Positions 11,355 through 25,846 of a DNA stretch of 64,000 nucleotides are shown piece by piece. Within the stretch, counting starts at the first letter, position 1. Each line of letters opens with the position of its first letter. Source of the stretch: Chrysomallon squamiferum (taxonomy: Eukaryota; Animalia; Mollusca); NCBI GenBank assembly GCA_012295275.1, contig CM022671.1, positions 10,540,001 through 10,604,000 of the forward strand, given 5' to 3'. The position numbers and the translations under genes are program-made. The notes below the pieces were generated by a model, which was not told where the DNA came from, did no database searches, and was given only the letters and a program-made list of their open reading frames with translations.

Positions 11355-12668
11355 CTGAAAATAAGACAAATTTGCTCATTAACAAAAATTATCACTGGAT
11401 ATAAAAAGATTAGAAATGGTGATTGAGCAAACAGATATTATAAATTTGATTTTCCTCAAACACAGCTACTGAGCTAGCAAACAATATGTCTGATGCAAAA
11501 TGAATCATAACAAACACCATATTTCTAAAATAAATTGCATTACATACTTGAAATTTTAATTTTGCTACAGTTTTCAAACAGGTGTGCTTTTTTTTAAAGT
11601 ATAAAAGTGAGCATGTTTTATACCTTAGAAATTTAAACTTTTATTGAAACTGCGAACTATTTCTTTGAAAGAACTGACATGTGATAAATTATTCACTGGA
11701 GTTATCGTTCGTGGGTTTCACAGTGGCTGGAATTGTTTGCTGCCTTTATTTCAGTACATAACATAATTTAAGCTAGTACAAATTTGAAACCATTTTAACT
11801 GATAGTTGTCTTTAAACAGTTATTGCTTAAATTATTAATTTCATTGTTCAAATAAGATTAAATATTACTTCAAACTAATATAATGTTGGTATTAATCTAT
11901 GCATCAAGGCATTTCTGGAAATATTTGATTAAGTGTGTATTATTATAATTAAAATTTATCAAATTGTTACTAACACATTGTATCATAATCTCAAAACAAC
12001 ACAACTACTTTTCACTCCCAGAAAGAAGCAATGAGAACGAGGGATATTATAAAATAAAAAATATGAAGTAATAGTATCAATGATATTGCATTGCCTGTGA
12101 TATTATTGATATAGTGGAGATCATCTAAAATTTGGCTGCTCAATCTCTAACAGACTTGTCCATTAACTAAATCTGTTATAAATTCATTGATTTCTTATAG
12201 TTAATTTCTTCTTTTTCCTGCTTTGTCAAATTTCCTTTTTCTTGGAGTGGATATGTATTTTAAAAAAGTAATCAGATAAAATAATAAATAAGAATGAAAT
12301 GAAACTGCATTTGAAACAACTTCATTTTTGTGAATCATTCACTGTTTCTGGCAATAACTATCATTGTTTTCAACAGTTCTTATCTTAAACATTTATTCAG
12401 ATATTTCCATTTATATCATTTAGACATTTCTGAAATATGATAATGTGAACTAAATAAAGAAAAGAAAACTGTATCATTAATTTTAGTATAATAGCCTCAT
12501 ATTTAAGTTTATCTTTCAGGAATTTAGAGCTTTAGATAATATATTAACCTGAATGAGCTGTAGCATATTATTGTATTTGTTGTAATAATTTTTATTTTTA
12601 TTAAACAAAATGCGTGTATAGAAATAGAAAATTAAAAGTTATAAAAATATGTAATATATATATATATA

Positions 12669-15210
12669 CCGTATATACTTGTGTATAAGTCGAATTTTTC
12701 GGAGACTATATTAAGGTAATATTTTGGGGGTCGACTTATACATAGGTAATGCTTTTGTAGCTGTTGCTGAAGAGTTGCCATTTTGACTGTTTTTTGCTAC
12801 AGGATGCATCTAAAATAATCGCGGTCTTTCAGCTTTTCAAAAATATAATTTTATCGTATAAAAAATTTTGAAAAATTATATAACAAAACCAAATATGAAT
12901 GTAAAACATGATATTCTTCCGTTTAATGACATAAAAATACATTTTAAAGCGAGAAAACCGTCAGTACGGCGTTATGCCTTACGGCGTCTTGCAATGATCT
13001 AGGAATGCAGACTTCTCTGCCAAATTGCACTAAATATCGGTCCTAATTTCATAAACAAAACTCACTTGTGTAATTGTAAAGAATTTGGTGAAATAATATT
13101 GCAATCGTCATTAATATCCACTACCGACAAATCGAAAACAAACTAAATTTCTATAAACGTTCTGCAACAAAAATCAGTTCAACTTCTCGCCATATTTGTT
13201 ATTCTAGTCAGTTGCCAAGTGCGCGAAGTCTCAGCCAATTAGAGCGCTAGGAATAGGATCGGGGGCGTGTCTTGTAGCAGAGTTTTGATAGAAAAAAATA
13301 TTTCGGAGGTTCCGAAATTATCTTACTTTGAATTGCACGTTCATGTAAAAACCGGTAATAAATAATAAAGCAACACATCTTTTGGAATTTATCTACAAAA
13401 TTTAATTAAATACTGAATTACGTCTAATGCCTGGAAATCCACACGTACCTTTAAATAGACCTTGATCTATATATCCCGGTAATTATGAAACATTGCAACA
13501 ATACAAACATTTTAATTCCAAAACATCCAACATTTACTGGGTAATACTATAATCTAGAGTAACAAAAAGTTTATTCAAAGCCTTCAAAGTCATTTTTCGC
13601 CATCACTATCGCTTGCCCCAAAAAGTTCATTCCACTCTTCAATACCACCAGTGTTAATTGCATCATCATAAAGATCATCGTCACTGTCAAGTGGGTCATC
13701 ATTCCCAGAATCCTCTCCTGTGGGACTATTTTCTTGAACGGAATCAGCAAGGGCATTGGGTTCACGCCATAAATAGTCCTCCTCTGTCCCATCTAGTGCA
13801 TTTGAAATTCCACACTTCAGAAAGGCCTTAACAATTATAGCCGGGTCCAACTGCTGCCAGGCGTCACGTACCCACTCACACACTGTAACTAGTGATGGTG
13901 CTCTCATATTGCCCCCTTTTCTGAATGTCTTGTCCCCATTTAGCATCCACTGATTCCAAAAATGCCGAACAGTGTCTTTAAACGGCTTATTTATTGAGAC
14001 ATCCAAAGGTTGTAAAATGCTTGTCAGGCCCCCAGGGATGACTGCCAAATCTGTATTTTCTCGTCTTACAGCTTCTTTTACAGAATCTACCAGGTGTGCT
14101 TTGAACATGTCCCATACTAACAGAGACTTTTCTTTTCGTAATCCACCTGAACGATTGCTCCACACTTGGTTAACCCAGAGCTTGCATCCGGCCTCATCAA
14201 ACCACCCTTTTGTATGTACGTGTATTAATACGCCCTATGGAAATTTTTCTTTTGGCATAGTTTTGCGCTTGAAAACTACCATAGGTTTTAACTTTGTTCC
14301 GCCTAAAATAACGGTGAATTTTGACTTTTCATGGCCTGTCGTTTTCACTAGCACGGTTTTTTCTCCTATCTTGTTAACAGTTGTATTCGATGGCATGTCA
14401 AACGTCATTGGCATTTCATCCATGTTGCCAATACATGCCAAAGCATACTTGTTTTTCTCTCTATGACGGATAACAAATCTGTGAAAACTTGTTATTTTAT
14501 CATCAAGCTCTCTGGGTAAGCGCTGGGCGAATTTGGTTTTTTGTCTTAAGACTAAATGATGCCTTTTCATGAACAGCATGCACCAACCAGGACTGGCTTT
14601 AAAATCCATAATTCCTGCCTTCTTAGCTAACTTCAGTGCTTGTAAACGGATAGGATACCTTGTAACTATAGAGCCGTCTTGTCTACTTGCTTGAACCGAC
14701 TCAAAAATTGTCTTTTCTATTTCCGGATGTTTTGACTTTTTGCCTCTGTCAGCACACTTCACTTTTGGCATTTCAAGTAATTTAGTACTCATTTTTCTCC
14801 AGTCCCTAACAAGTTTTTCACTGACTCCATACTCCTGTCCAGCAGCAGAATTGTTAGAATTTTCAGCAAATCTAATTACTGCAAGCTTAAATATAATGGT
14901 AGGTTAGGTCTCCATGTTAGACCTATTACGTTAAAGAGATACTATTTATGATACATTTAGGCTATAGCTCGTGTAATACATGCATTTACGTTATTATGGT
15001 ATGTTCGTGCAAGTTACAGCTCGTGCAAGTTAAGTTACAGTAGGTGTACAATGTAGGCCTTCATGGCATTGTCACACTGGTCTAAAAACAGTGACGGTGC
15101 CTGGAATCTACAGTCGACTTATACACAAGGAATACCTAAAATGACGCAATTTTTGGTCTTAAAATACACATCGACTTATACATAAGGTCGCCTCGTACAC
15201 AAGTATATAC

Positions 15211-15212
<2 letters not shown>
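12669..15212 (-). mobile_element. pogo/Tigger-family (Tc1/mariner superfamily) DNA transposon, copy 1
   Basis: TIR ccgtatatacttgtgta at both ends, flanked by TA within (TA)n; internal gtcgacttatac subterminal motifs. Confidence 0.95.
13590..14890 (-). pseudogene. pogo transposase (CENP-B-type HTH + DDE_1), 5'-deleted and disrupted
   Basis: FKASPGW, IGNMDEMP, KLKPMVVFK, LLVWDMFKAH, VIPGGLTSILQPLDVSINKPFK, acidic tail; start region deleted relative to copy 2. Confidence 0.93.
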
Positions 15213-15247
<35 letters not shown>

Positions 15248-15804
15248 CTGACTGAAATATTAAAATCTAAAATGTTACAATCATAAATAATAATAATAAT
15301 AACAACAAGATCATAACAGAGATAATTCAGTATAGTACAAATTTCAGACTATTTTAACTGGTATTTCTCTTTAATCTAAAAGTTTGCTGAAATTGTTACA
15401 CTAATTTGATTGTTCAAGTGAGATTAAACATTACTTCAGACCAGTGCAGTGCTGATATTAATCTATGAATCATGCATTGGTTGTTAAGCTTAGCCTTCAA
15501 AACTGACTAAAAGCGAAAAAAATAAATATGAATATGGCTATTGGTAAAGTAAATAAATTATAAAAATCTAAAAAATTCAGCCACTGTCATTAAGATTTAA
15601 AATGCACCCAGTATGAAGGAAACATTTATTCAAAGCAGGCCGAGTCAATTTTGCAACATAAATAAAAAATCAATTAGCCTTGCTTTGAAACTATAGCTAT
15701 ATTTATATATAGTTCAAGAAACTACTGAAAATAACACATTAAATTTGTATTATTATGATTACTATTTATTAAACTTATACTAAGACATTGTATTATTATT
15801 TTCT

Positions 15805-17230
15805 TCATTTACTAATTAAAAATATTTCAGAATTCATCTTTAGAATGTTGTCAAATGATATGAATGTCATCTAAATATCTGAGATATAAAAATGGCTTCT
15901 TGGTTGCTTTGTTTAATACCATTTCTTCCCATTCTGTGATATAGATAGAGGCAAAATGTGGGCTAAATGTCTACCCATTGTGCAGACACAAATGTGCTAT
16001 TAAATTTCTCCATTAACTTCAAAGATGTTAACTCTTAAGCTTAATTCAGTTAATTCAATAATGGTTTTGGTTGGTCTGTATTTGGGTATTTTTCAAAAGC
16101 TGTCTCAACAGATTCTATACCCACATCGATGTTCGTTTTTTTTATCTGCCTAAACAGTATTTGTTTTAGGCATAATTTCTAACTTGCCAAAAGTTTATCT
16201 GAAATGTTTATTCCTCTAAAAAAATATTTAACTTTTTGAGAATTTTTTATGGATAGAGCTTATCATATTTCTTAACTGGTTCGTGCTAGTTGAGGAATGT
16301 TGTTGGTTATTGCAGTTTATAACTATATTTAGAATTATTTTCTTGCTATTATTACTTTTATGATTAATGGCCATTGTCTTAAAGTGATTGGTACCAGCAT
16401 TCTGGATAGCATTCTACTTGGATCTGTTTATGTACGTCTTCATTAGTCCGTGTTGAATTCGAGGAGCCAAAAATTAAGGTATTCTAACAATTTCAGGCAT
16501 TGTGGTTTATCAGATAGTGCATGTTGGTGTTTATAAAATTTAGAAGGCCTAAATGTGGGAGATTTTAAAACAGCAAATGATTTAGGTGGTTGATTAACTT
16601 TAGGAGTGATGCATGGAGCATGAGTTTTAGAAACTGGCAGGTTAGCCTTTAAATTTGGATATTTACACAGAGTAATAATTGATGGTGATGAAAGACCCCA
16701 TTTTGGTCTACCTGCATGGATAGTACCAGTTTTGGGGCTGGGATTATTCACCCTGTTTTGGGATTCCTTTGGGCTAACCCAGAAACAAAATTTAAAAATT
16801 CTAATATTGCACATTTAAATAATTTAGTTTTATAATTTGTTCTACTCCAACTGACTGCATTGTATTTAGTCATATCTAAATCTATAAGCATATATAAAAG
16901 CACAGATTGTTTTATGGAATTTACATAATAGTTAATCCGTAAGTTTAGCATCTGACATGTTCACTTTTGGTTGTTAAGGTTTAAATCAAATGTTACAGCT
17001 GGTTTTATAAAATAATTTATTTTACTTTCTTTTGGAGGGCTTTAAGGAGAGTGGAATTGGCCAGATTCTCTTCAAGGAATTTAATGTGATGTATGCACTG
17101 CAGAATGTCATTTTTGAGTTTGACTGAACTTGGTAGTGGATTAGTTTTATTTGTAAAGTTTTTGATTTTTGTTTTTTAGCAGTATTTTGTTTTGCCATGT
17201 AGATGGGCATGTCATAATTTTAGAGAATAA
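15805..17230 (-). mobile_element. Penelope-like retroelement RT fragment, degenerate (boundaries approximate)
   Basis: NIDVGIESV, NIFEVNGE...CTMGRHLA..FASIYITEWEE...KPFLYLRYLDDIHII (RYLDD at 15866-15880). Confidence 0.75.
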
Positions 17231-17277
17231 TCCCTCAAAAACAAACTAGGCAAACTTTTAAATTTAGAAGAGTGGCT

Positions 17278-17470
17278 ATGATTTATTACAATAATTGATG
17301 AAATAACTACCTAAACACTGATTCAAGTTTAAAAGAGACAACAAATATTATGTAACATGATTTATTACAATAATTGATGAAATAACTACCTGAACACTGA
17401 TATACAAGTTTAAAAAAGACAACAAATATTATGTAACAAATTATTACAATAATTGATGAAATAACTTTGA
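17278..17470. repeat. ~80-bp tandem repeat, about 2.5 copies
   Basis: atgatttattacaataattgatgaaataactacct.aacactgat... repeated; shorter in the right arm (about 54866-55029). Confidence 0.8.
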
Positions 17471-17670
17471 TACAAGTTTTTGACACTTAGATTTTAAAGA
17501 CATTTTTAAAAAATTATCACCCTAAACCTTTCTTTGAAAATAGCTTTTGTCACTGATCAGGTGTTACCTATCCAGCATCTTCAGAAACTGCTGGCATTTG
17601 CATCTGTCTCCTTGAACTGAGACATTTTTCAGCATATCAGAGATAATTATGAATGTTGTCTTTTATTTCC

Positions 17671-17723
<53 letters not shown>

Positions 17724-17773
17724 TTATTATTATTATACCATATTGATACTAAGTTGAAGGTAAATAATAATAA

Positions 17774-17804
<31 letters not shown>

Positions 17805-18434
17805 AATAAAGAAAATGAAATACATTTTATTTATTTAGAAAAAAACATTTAAAATTAATAAATTATTCTTATTGACATCAACTGTTGCATTAATTTGAAA
17901 ATTCTGTATGATAAGAAAGTGAGAAACGAATATTATATATTTATTTCTTGTGAATATTTATAAGGAAATTGCAATTTATAAGATGATATTAAAGAAGAAA
18001 AAGCCAGGTATTTTATTTCAATTTTTTTTCTCATTTAACTTCATCTGACATGACAAGCTGACCTGTTTGACCAGTCAGCTTGTTTCTGTTCACACCACAG
18101 AGCTGTCATACTGACTGGACAGCTTCAGTCTGCACTCTAAAATGTTATTGTTAAGTGTCATGCTTCAGTAACCACTGGCTGGCAAAGTGAGTTGTTCTGT
18201 CACCAGGTGACAATGTTACAATTTAATACCACTGTGTGAGTTCTAAACACCATTATTTGGTTTTGGCACTGTTGAAGTAAGTGAAAGAAAATTCAACAGA
18301 AAACAACAATTGACTTTCTTTTGGATCTTTTGTTGCTGTTCATAATCTTAAGTTTGAAAAGTAAGTTAGTAGATGATACATACTTGAATAGAATCGATTT
18401 ACCTTCCAAATAAATTTATTTTTCTGATGTTGAC

Positions 18435-18765
18435 CAAGGTATTAGGCAAGCAGTTTAATTGTCCAATTCAATAGCCCAGTCATGACATCACAAGGCCATA
18501 TACCAGTGTTTTTGTGGCATCACTGATCAGATACTGCCTGATGATTCTATAGATCTTCTATAGCTGAGAGTGACATTTTGCATTCACTTTGTGGTGCATA
18601 GTCAAAGCAGAATCAAACAATAACAAGATTTCTCACACATGGTACAAAAGATTTGGACAAATCATCCACAGTAAATAATATGGAATCATCATCCTTTGAG
18701 TTATGTTTAGAAGTGAAATCACCACTCTGGTCTTGTCAGCTTTCTTAGAATACTGTATAGCTTTA
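18435..18765 (-). mobile_element. L2/CR1-type LINE ORF2 3' fragment, degenerate
   Basis: ADKTRVV ... CVRNL..LFDSALTMHHKVN ... IRQYLISDATKTLVYGLVMS*LGY resembles the post-RT VRNLGV.FD...KTLV.ALV.SRLDY motif. Confidence 0.65.
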
Positions 18766-19644
18766 GGACTTGTAAAAAGCTTTACTTTGATGCACATATG
18801 TGATGACCATGTTGTCACGGGGCTCACACCTTTATAAACACACTGTATGTTTTATTAAGGCTCAGTCTAGGGTAACAAGGTGCTTTAATGGTCACCTAAC
18901 AAGGAATATAAATGCTAAATTGACAGCAATCTATATAAATCAATAAGTCTATCCATCCACTAGAGAAATACACACAACACCTCAGTTAAGGTTCATGTTA
19001 ATTATTTAATTATGATATTTTCTGCTCCTTGAGAAAGGTCATATGAGTAAGGTCATACGGGGAAACAAGACAAAATAAGAATCTCTATGGAAGACAGATT
19101 AAAACCTTAAAATTTTAGGTATAACAAATGTTTTTGACACAGTTTAATTGCACATTACACCCAATCAAAATAAGAACAGAAAATTGCTTACCATACTCGT
19201 CCATAAAGACAATGTCATTCAAAAACATTTGGTTTCCCCGCCTACCTGAATTCTCATGTTCACCTATGAGTTGAGTGACAATATATTGATAGAGCAGTAA
19301 TGTTAGAGCAAATGATAATTATGAAACAAGAGGTATTTGGAACCTTTTGTCATATTAATAACCAGATTTTAAATAACAACAATAAATACATTATGTAATA
19401 AAACCAGGTGTATTTTAATTTTTATTTTTGAAAAAATATATTAATATTTTCAGTAATCTGCAGCTAGAAAACTGAACTGTGAAAATGACACAAGATTTGA
19501 AGGAAGGTAAAACTGCCTCAGAAGGAAATCACAAAAGTTGACAATGAACTCAGGTTAGTGCCATTAGTATCAGATACTTTATTTTATTTTATTAGTTGTC
19601 TTTATGCTACTGTAACCATATCGAAACCAAATGTGTGTAGATAA

Positions 19645-20075
19645 TGTCTGAATTAAGATGTTTTGCTAGATTGTTATCAAGTCATCAGAAAATCTAAAAA
19701 TACCACCTGAATTAGATATTGTTATCAAGGGTTCATGTGTAAATAATTCCCCACAAAACTATATGAATCCTATCTGCTGAAACAATCAATCTAAATCAGA
19801 CATTGCCACAAAGTTGTAAAATTTATACAAAACCTAGCAAATTGTTACAATCTAACAAAATAATGAGCTGTAGTTTATAGGTGATTTAACAAAATATGTA
19901 ACAAATACTGAAAATCCAGTCTATAACTGAAATAAGAATCTGAACTGTTATAAGATATGTAGATAGAATGAAAAAACAAACCTCCAAAACATAACAATGA
20001 ACAGCCTGAATCAGATACATTATAATCCAACATGTAGACAACAAAAACTATAATCAGATACAAAAAGGAAGCAAA
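19645..20075 (+). repeat. Cluster of degenerate ctgaatcagatac...atcc...gtagacaa motifs
   Basis: Several diverged copies, clearest near 20004-20068; same family as the motifs and minisatellite in the TRAF units. Confidence 0.65.
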
Positions 20076-20099
20076 CAACAATAATAATAAGAAGAAAAA

Positions 20100-21833
20100 A
20101 GTTAGCATTGCTTGAAAATTAGTCAGATTTTTATATAATTTAAGAAATTACTGAAAATAATAGATTAATAAGTTGTATTAGAAATACAATTTATTAAACT
20201 GATACTAAGACATTCTATCATAATCTGAAAATTAAGTTTATTTTTTTAACTACTGTATCATTATTATTATTATTGTTGTTGTTATAGCAGTTTAGTTTTT
20301 TCTCAAAAGGGCTGAAGAAATTATTGACTGATTTCATTGTTGAAGTAAGATTAAACATTTCTTGAAACTAATTCACTGTTGATATTAACCTGTACATCAA
20401 GTGTTTGTTGTTAAGCTTAGTCTTCTAAACTGAACAAAAGAGAAAATAATAAATAATAAAACATATTATTAAAAATGAATAAATTATAAAAGTTTAGGTG
20501 CAGTAGGTAAGATTTAAATAAAAAAAAAAAAAAAAAGAGTATGAAGGAAACAATCCATACATTCAAATCAAACAGTTAAATTTTCAACAAAAATATAAAA
20601 GTCAATTTGGAATTAATTTGAAACTATAGGTATATTTATAAATAATTGAAGAAACTACTGAAAACAATAGTTTAAGTTGTATTACCATAATTACAATTTA
20701 TCAAACTCATATTAAGACATTCTATTGTAATCTAAATAGGATAGTGTGAACTAAGTAATAAAAAAAATAATTCTGTAACATTAATTTTTGTTCAAAACCC
20801 TCATAATTAAGTTTATTTTTCAGAAGTATAGTCCTTTGAGAAATTATAATAAACTGAACTACTATATTTTCATTATTATTATAATATTGTTGTTATTGTT
20901 GTAGCCATTTTGGTTTTATTCAAATGAAACAGTAGTACCTTAAAGTTTTGAAAACGGTGTACAGAAATTGATAATTAAAAATTATAGAAGTATGAAAGAT
21001 CTATATTTCTGACTAAAATATTAAAATCTAAAATGTAACAAAAGTTAATATCACCAACATAACAGAGCTTATTTAGGATATAAGAAATTACAAATCATTT
21101 TAACTCATAGTTCTTTTTAATCAAAATAGCTGCTAAAATTATGGCACTGATTTCATTGTCAAACTAAGATTAAATATTTCTTCAGACTATTTCAATGTTG
21201 ATATTAATCTGTGTATCAAGGGTTTGTTGTTAAGCGTAGTCTTCTAAACTGATTAAAATAGAAAATAATAAATAATAAATCATATTGTTAAAAATGAATA
21301 AATAATAAAAGTTTAACTGCAGTAGGTAAGATTTAAAAAAAATATATATATATATTATGATGGAAACAATCGACAAATGCAAATCAGATTGAGTAAAAAA
21401 TTTTCAAATAAAATATAAAAATCACTTAGCATTAATTTGATTGAGAGGGAATATTCATAGATAATTCAAGAAACTACTGAAAACAATGGTTAAAGCATGT
21501 ATTATCATAAATACAATTTATCTAACTGGTACTAAGTCATTCTATTGTAATCTCAATATCACAAAATGAACTAAGTAATAAAAAAAGGATTAAATATTTC
21601 TTCATTCTAATCAAGTGTCGATATTAATATATGCATCAAGGATTTGTTTAGCTTTAGTTTTTTTTTTCTAAACTGACTAAAAGAGAAAAAAAAAGAAAAT
21701 AATAAATAATAAAATATATATTATTAAAAATAAATAAATTATAAAAATTTAGTCAGTCATTAAGATTTAAAATAAAATAAATACAGCATGAAGGAAACAA
21801 TGCAAAAATTCAAATCAGACTGAGTTACATTTT

Positions 21834-21883
<50 letters not shown>

Positions 21884-24800
21884 AGCATTGCTTTGAAACT
21901 ACTGTTCTATTTACATATAATTCAAGAAACTATTGAAAATAATAGATCAAGTAAGTTTTATTATGATAACAGTTTATCAGATCCTATGACATTCTATCAT
22001 AATCTCAAAAACAACACCTAATTTTCACTACCAGAAAGGAGAAATGACAAGCAGGGATATTATAAATTTAAAAATATAAAATAATGACATCAGTAATATT
22101 GCACTGCCCGTGATATTATTGATATATTGGTAATGATCTCAAATTTCACAGACGTGTTAGAGATCAGCTGCTCAGTCTCTAACAGACTTGTCCATTAACT
22201 AAATCTGTTATAAATTCATTGATTTCATTTAGTTAATTTCTTCTTTTACCTGCTTTGTCAAATTTCCTTTTTCTTGGAGTGAATATAACTTTTAAAAACA
22301 ATGAATTAAAATAACAAATAAGAATCAAATTAAATTGCATTTAAAATGACTTTGCTTTTTGTGAATCATTCACTGTTTCTGCCAATAGCCGAGCATTGTT
22401 TCCAATTGCTGTAATGTTACACATTTATTCAGACATTTCTGATTAAATCATTCACATTCTTAAAGTTTTGTTTAACTCATAGTTAACTTATCTTTTCAGA
22501 TTTTTTGGAAATATAATGTAAACTAAGTAATAAAGAAAAAACCATTCTGTAACATTAATTTTTGTTTAAAAGCCTCAATTAATCTTGTTTTTCAGGAGTA
22601 TAGAGGTTAAGAAAATATAATCAAGTGAACTACTATATTTTTATTATTATTATTATTTAGCAATTCTTTTCTATAGTACATTAAATTTTGAAAATAGTGT
22701 AGAGAAATTGAAAATAGAAAATTACCGAACTATGTAAGATTAAAATCTAAAATGTAACAACAAATTAATAGACCTTATTTCGGATATTAGAAATTAGGAA
22801 CCATTTTAACTCATAGTTCTCTTTCATCAAAAGAACTGCTGAAATTATTGCATTGATTTCATTGTTGAAGTAAGATTAAATATTTCATCAGACTATTTCA
22901 ATGTTGATATTAATCTGTGTATCAAGGGTTTGTTGTTAAGCGTAGTCTTCTAAACTGATTAAAATAGAATATAATAAATAATAAATCATATTTAAAATGA
23001 ATAAATAAAAGTTTAACAGCAGTAGGTAAGATTTAGAAAAAAATATATAATGATGGAAACAATCCACAAATGCAAATCAGATTGAGTAAAATTTTCAACT
23101 TAAATATAAAAATCACTTAGCATTAATTTGAAACTAAGGGTATATTCATAGATAATTCAAGAAACTATTGAATACAATGGTTTAAGCATGTATTACCATA
23201 AGTACAATTTATCTAACTGGTACTAAGTCATTCTATTGTAATCTCAATATCACTATATGAATTAAGTGATTAAAAAAGGATTAAATATTTCTTCAGTCTA
23301 ATCAAGTGTCGATATTAATATATGCATCAAGGATTTGTTAAGCTTAGTTTTCTAAACTGACTAAAAGAGAAAATGAAAGTTAAACAAAAAAGGTAGCATT
23401 AATTTAAAAAAAAAAAAATAGTATGAAGGACATAATCCATACATTCAAATCAGATTGAGTTAAATTTTCAACAAAAATATAAAAATCAGCAATAATTTGA
23501 AACTATTGGTATGTTTATAAATAATTCAAGAAACTACTGAAAACAATGGTTTAAGTATGTATTACCATAATTACAATTTATCTCAATATCACAATGTGAA
23601 GTAAGTAATAAAAAACAAAATCTGTAACATTATTTTTTTTTTTAAACATTCTTAATTAAGTTTATTTCTCAGGAGTGTAGAGCTTTAATAAGCTTTAGAA
23701 ATAATAAGCAGCTCAACTACTGTATTTTTATTATTATTAATATTGCTGTTATTGTTAGCCATTTTGGTTTTATTCAAATCAAACTGTAGTACTTTAAAGT
23801 TTGAAAACTGTACACAAATTGTCAACTAAAAATTCTACAAGTAAGTAAGGTAAATATTTCTGATAAGATATTAAAAGCTAAAATGTAACAACAAATTAAT
23901 AGACCTTATTTCGGATATTAGAAATTAGAAATTAGAAACCATTTTAACTCATAGTTCTCTTTCATCAAAAGAACTGCTGAAATTATTGCATTGATTTCAT
24001 TGTTGAAGTAAGATTAAATATTTCATCAGACTATTTCAATGTTGATATTAATCTGTGTATCAAGGGTTTGTTGTTAAGCGTAGTCTTCTAAACTGATTAA
24101 AATAGAATATAATAAATAATAAATCATATTTAAAATGAATAAATAAAAGTTTAACAGCAGTAGGTAAGATTTAGAAAAAAATATATAATGATGGAAACAA
24201 TCCACAAATGCAAATCAGATTGAGTAAAAAATTAAAAAAAAAAAAAAAAAAAAAATAAAAATCACTTAGCATAAAATTTGAAACTAAGGGTATATTCATA
24301 GATAATTCAAGAAACTATTGAATACAATGGTTTAAGCATGTATTACCATAAGTACAATTTATCTAACTGGTACTAAGTCATTCTATATCAATAATCAATA
24401 TATGAATATGAATTAAATGATTAAAAAAGGATTAAATATTTCTTCAGTCTAATCAAGTGTCGATATTAATATATGCATCAAGAGGATTTGTTAAGCTTAG
24501 TTTTCTAAACTGACTAAAAAAAAGAAAATGAAAGGTTAACTGCCAGTAGGTAAATTAAAAGAAAAAAAGAAAAAAAAAAAAATAGTATGAAGGACATAAT
24601 CCATACATTCAAATCAGATTGAGTAAAATGTTCAACGAAAATATAAAAATCACTTAGCATTAATCTGAAACTATTGGTATGTTTATAAATAATTCAAGAA
24701 ACTACTGAAAACAATGGTTTAAGTATGTATTACCATAATTACAATTTATCTCAATATCACAATGTGAAGTAAGTAATAAAAAACAAAATCTGTAACATTA

Positions 24801-25805
24801 TTTTTTTTTTTAAACATTCTTAATTAAGTTTATTTCTCAGGAGTGTAGAGCTTTAGAAATAATAAGCAGCTCAACTACTGTATTTTTATTATTATTAATA
24901 TTGCTGTTATTGTTAGCCATTTTGGTTTTATTCAAATCAAACTGTAGTACTTTAAAGTTTGAAAACTGTACACAAATTGTCAACTAAAAATTCTACTAGT
25001 AAGTAAGGTAAATATTTCTGATAAGATATTAAAAGCTAAAATGTAAGAACAAATTAATAGACCTTATTTCGGATATTGGAAATTAGAAACCATTTTAACT
25101 CATAGTTCTCTTTCATCAAAAGAACTGGTGGAATGATTGCACTGATTTCATTGTTGAATTAAGATTAAATTTTTTTTCAGACTATTTCAATGTTGATATT
25201 AAGCTGTGTATCAAGGGTTTGTTGTTAAGCATACTCTTCTAAACTGATTAAAATAGAAAATAATAAATAATAAATCATATTGTTAAAAATGAATAAATAA
25301 TAAAAGTTTAACTGCAGTAGGTAAGATTTAAAAAACTATATATATATTATGATGGAAACAATCGACAAATGCAAATCAGATTGAGTAAAATTTTCAACTA
25401 AAATATAAAAGTCACTTAGCATTAATTTGAATGAGAGGGTATATTCATAGATAATTCAAGAAACTACTGAAAACAATGGTTAAAGCATGTATTATCATAA
25501 ATACAATTTATCTAACTGGTACTAAGTCATTCTATTGTAATCTCAATATCACAAAATGAACTAAGTAATAAAAAAAGGATTAAATATTTCTTCATTCTAA
25601 TCAAGTGTCGATATTAATATATGATTAAGGATTTGTTAAGCTTAGTTTTCTAAACTGACTAATAGAGAAAATAATAAATAATAAAATATATATTATTAAA
25701 AATAAATAAATTATAAAAATTTAGTCCGTCATTAAGATTTAAAATAAAATAAATACAGCATGAAGGAAACAATGCAAAAATTCAAATCAGACTGAGTTAC
25801 ATTTT

Positions 25806-25846
<41 letters not shown>

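Larger units (their letters stand above)
2675..19693 (-). repeat. Left arm of a large inverted duplication (partner 52683-64000)
   Basis: 8988-19693 is the reverse complement of 52683-63397; 2675-3082 plus 5880-5987 match 63487-64000; several ORF-track peptides are identical or nearly so on opposite strands. Confidence 0.95.

Noticed and set aside
16443-17210. Short ORFs near-identical in both arms as conserved genes
   Set aside because: Fragments of a degenerate Penelope-like element; identity comes from the duplication
17649-17852. Low-complexity ORFs (poly-Ile/Asn; also 8633, 32634, 32898, 41017, 44620)
   Set aside because: Translations of (ATT)n, (TA)n and (AC)n microsatellites
18053-18083. 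10-bp stem hairpin acaagctgac/gtcagcttgt
   Set aside because: Short, has a mismatch in the right-arm copy, and no other ncRNA evidence
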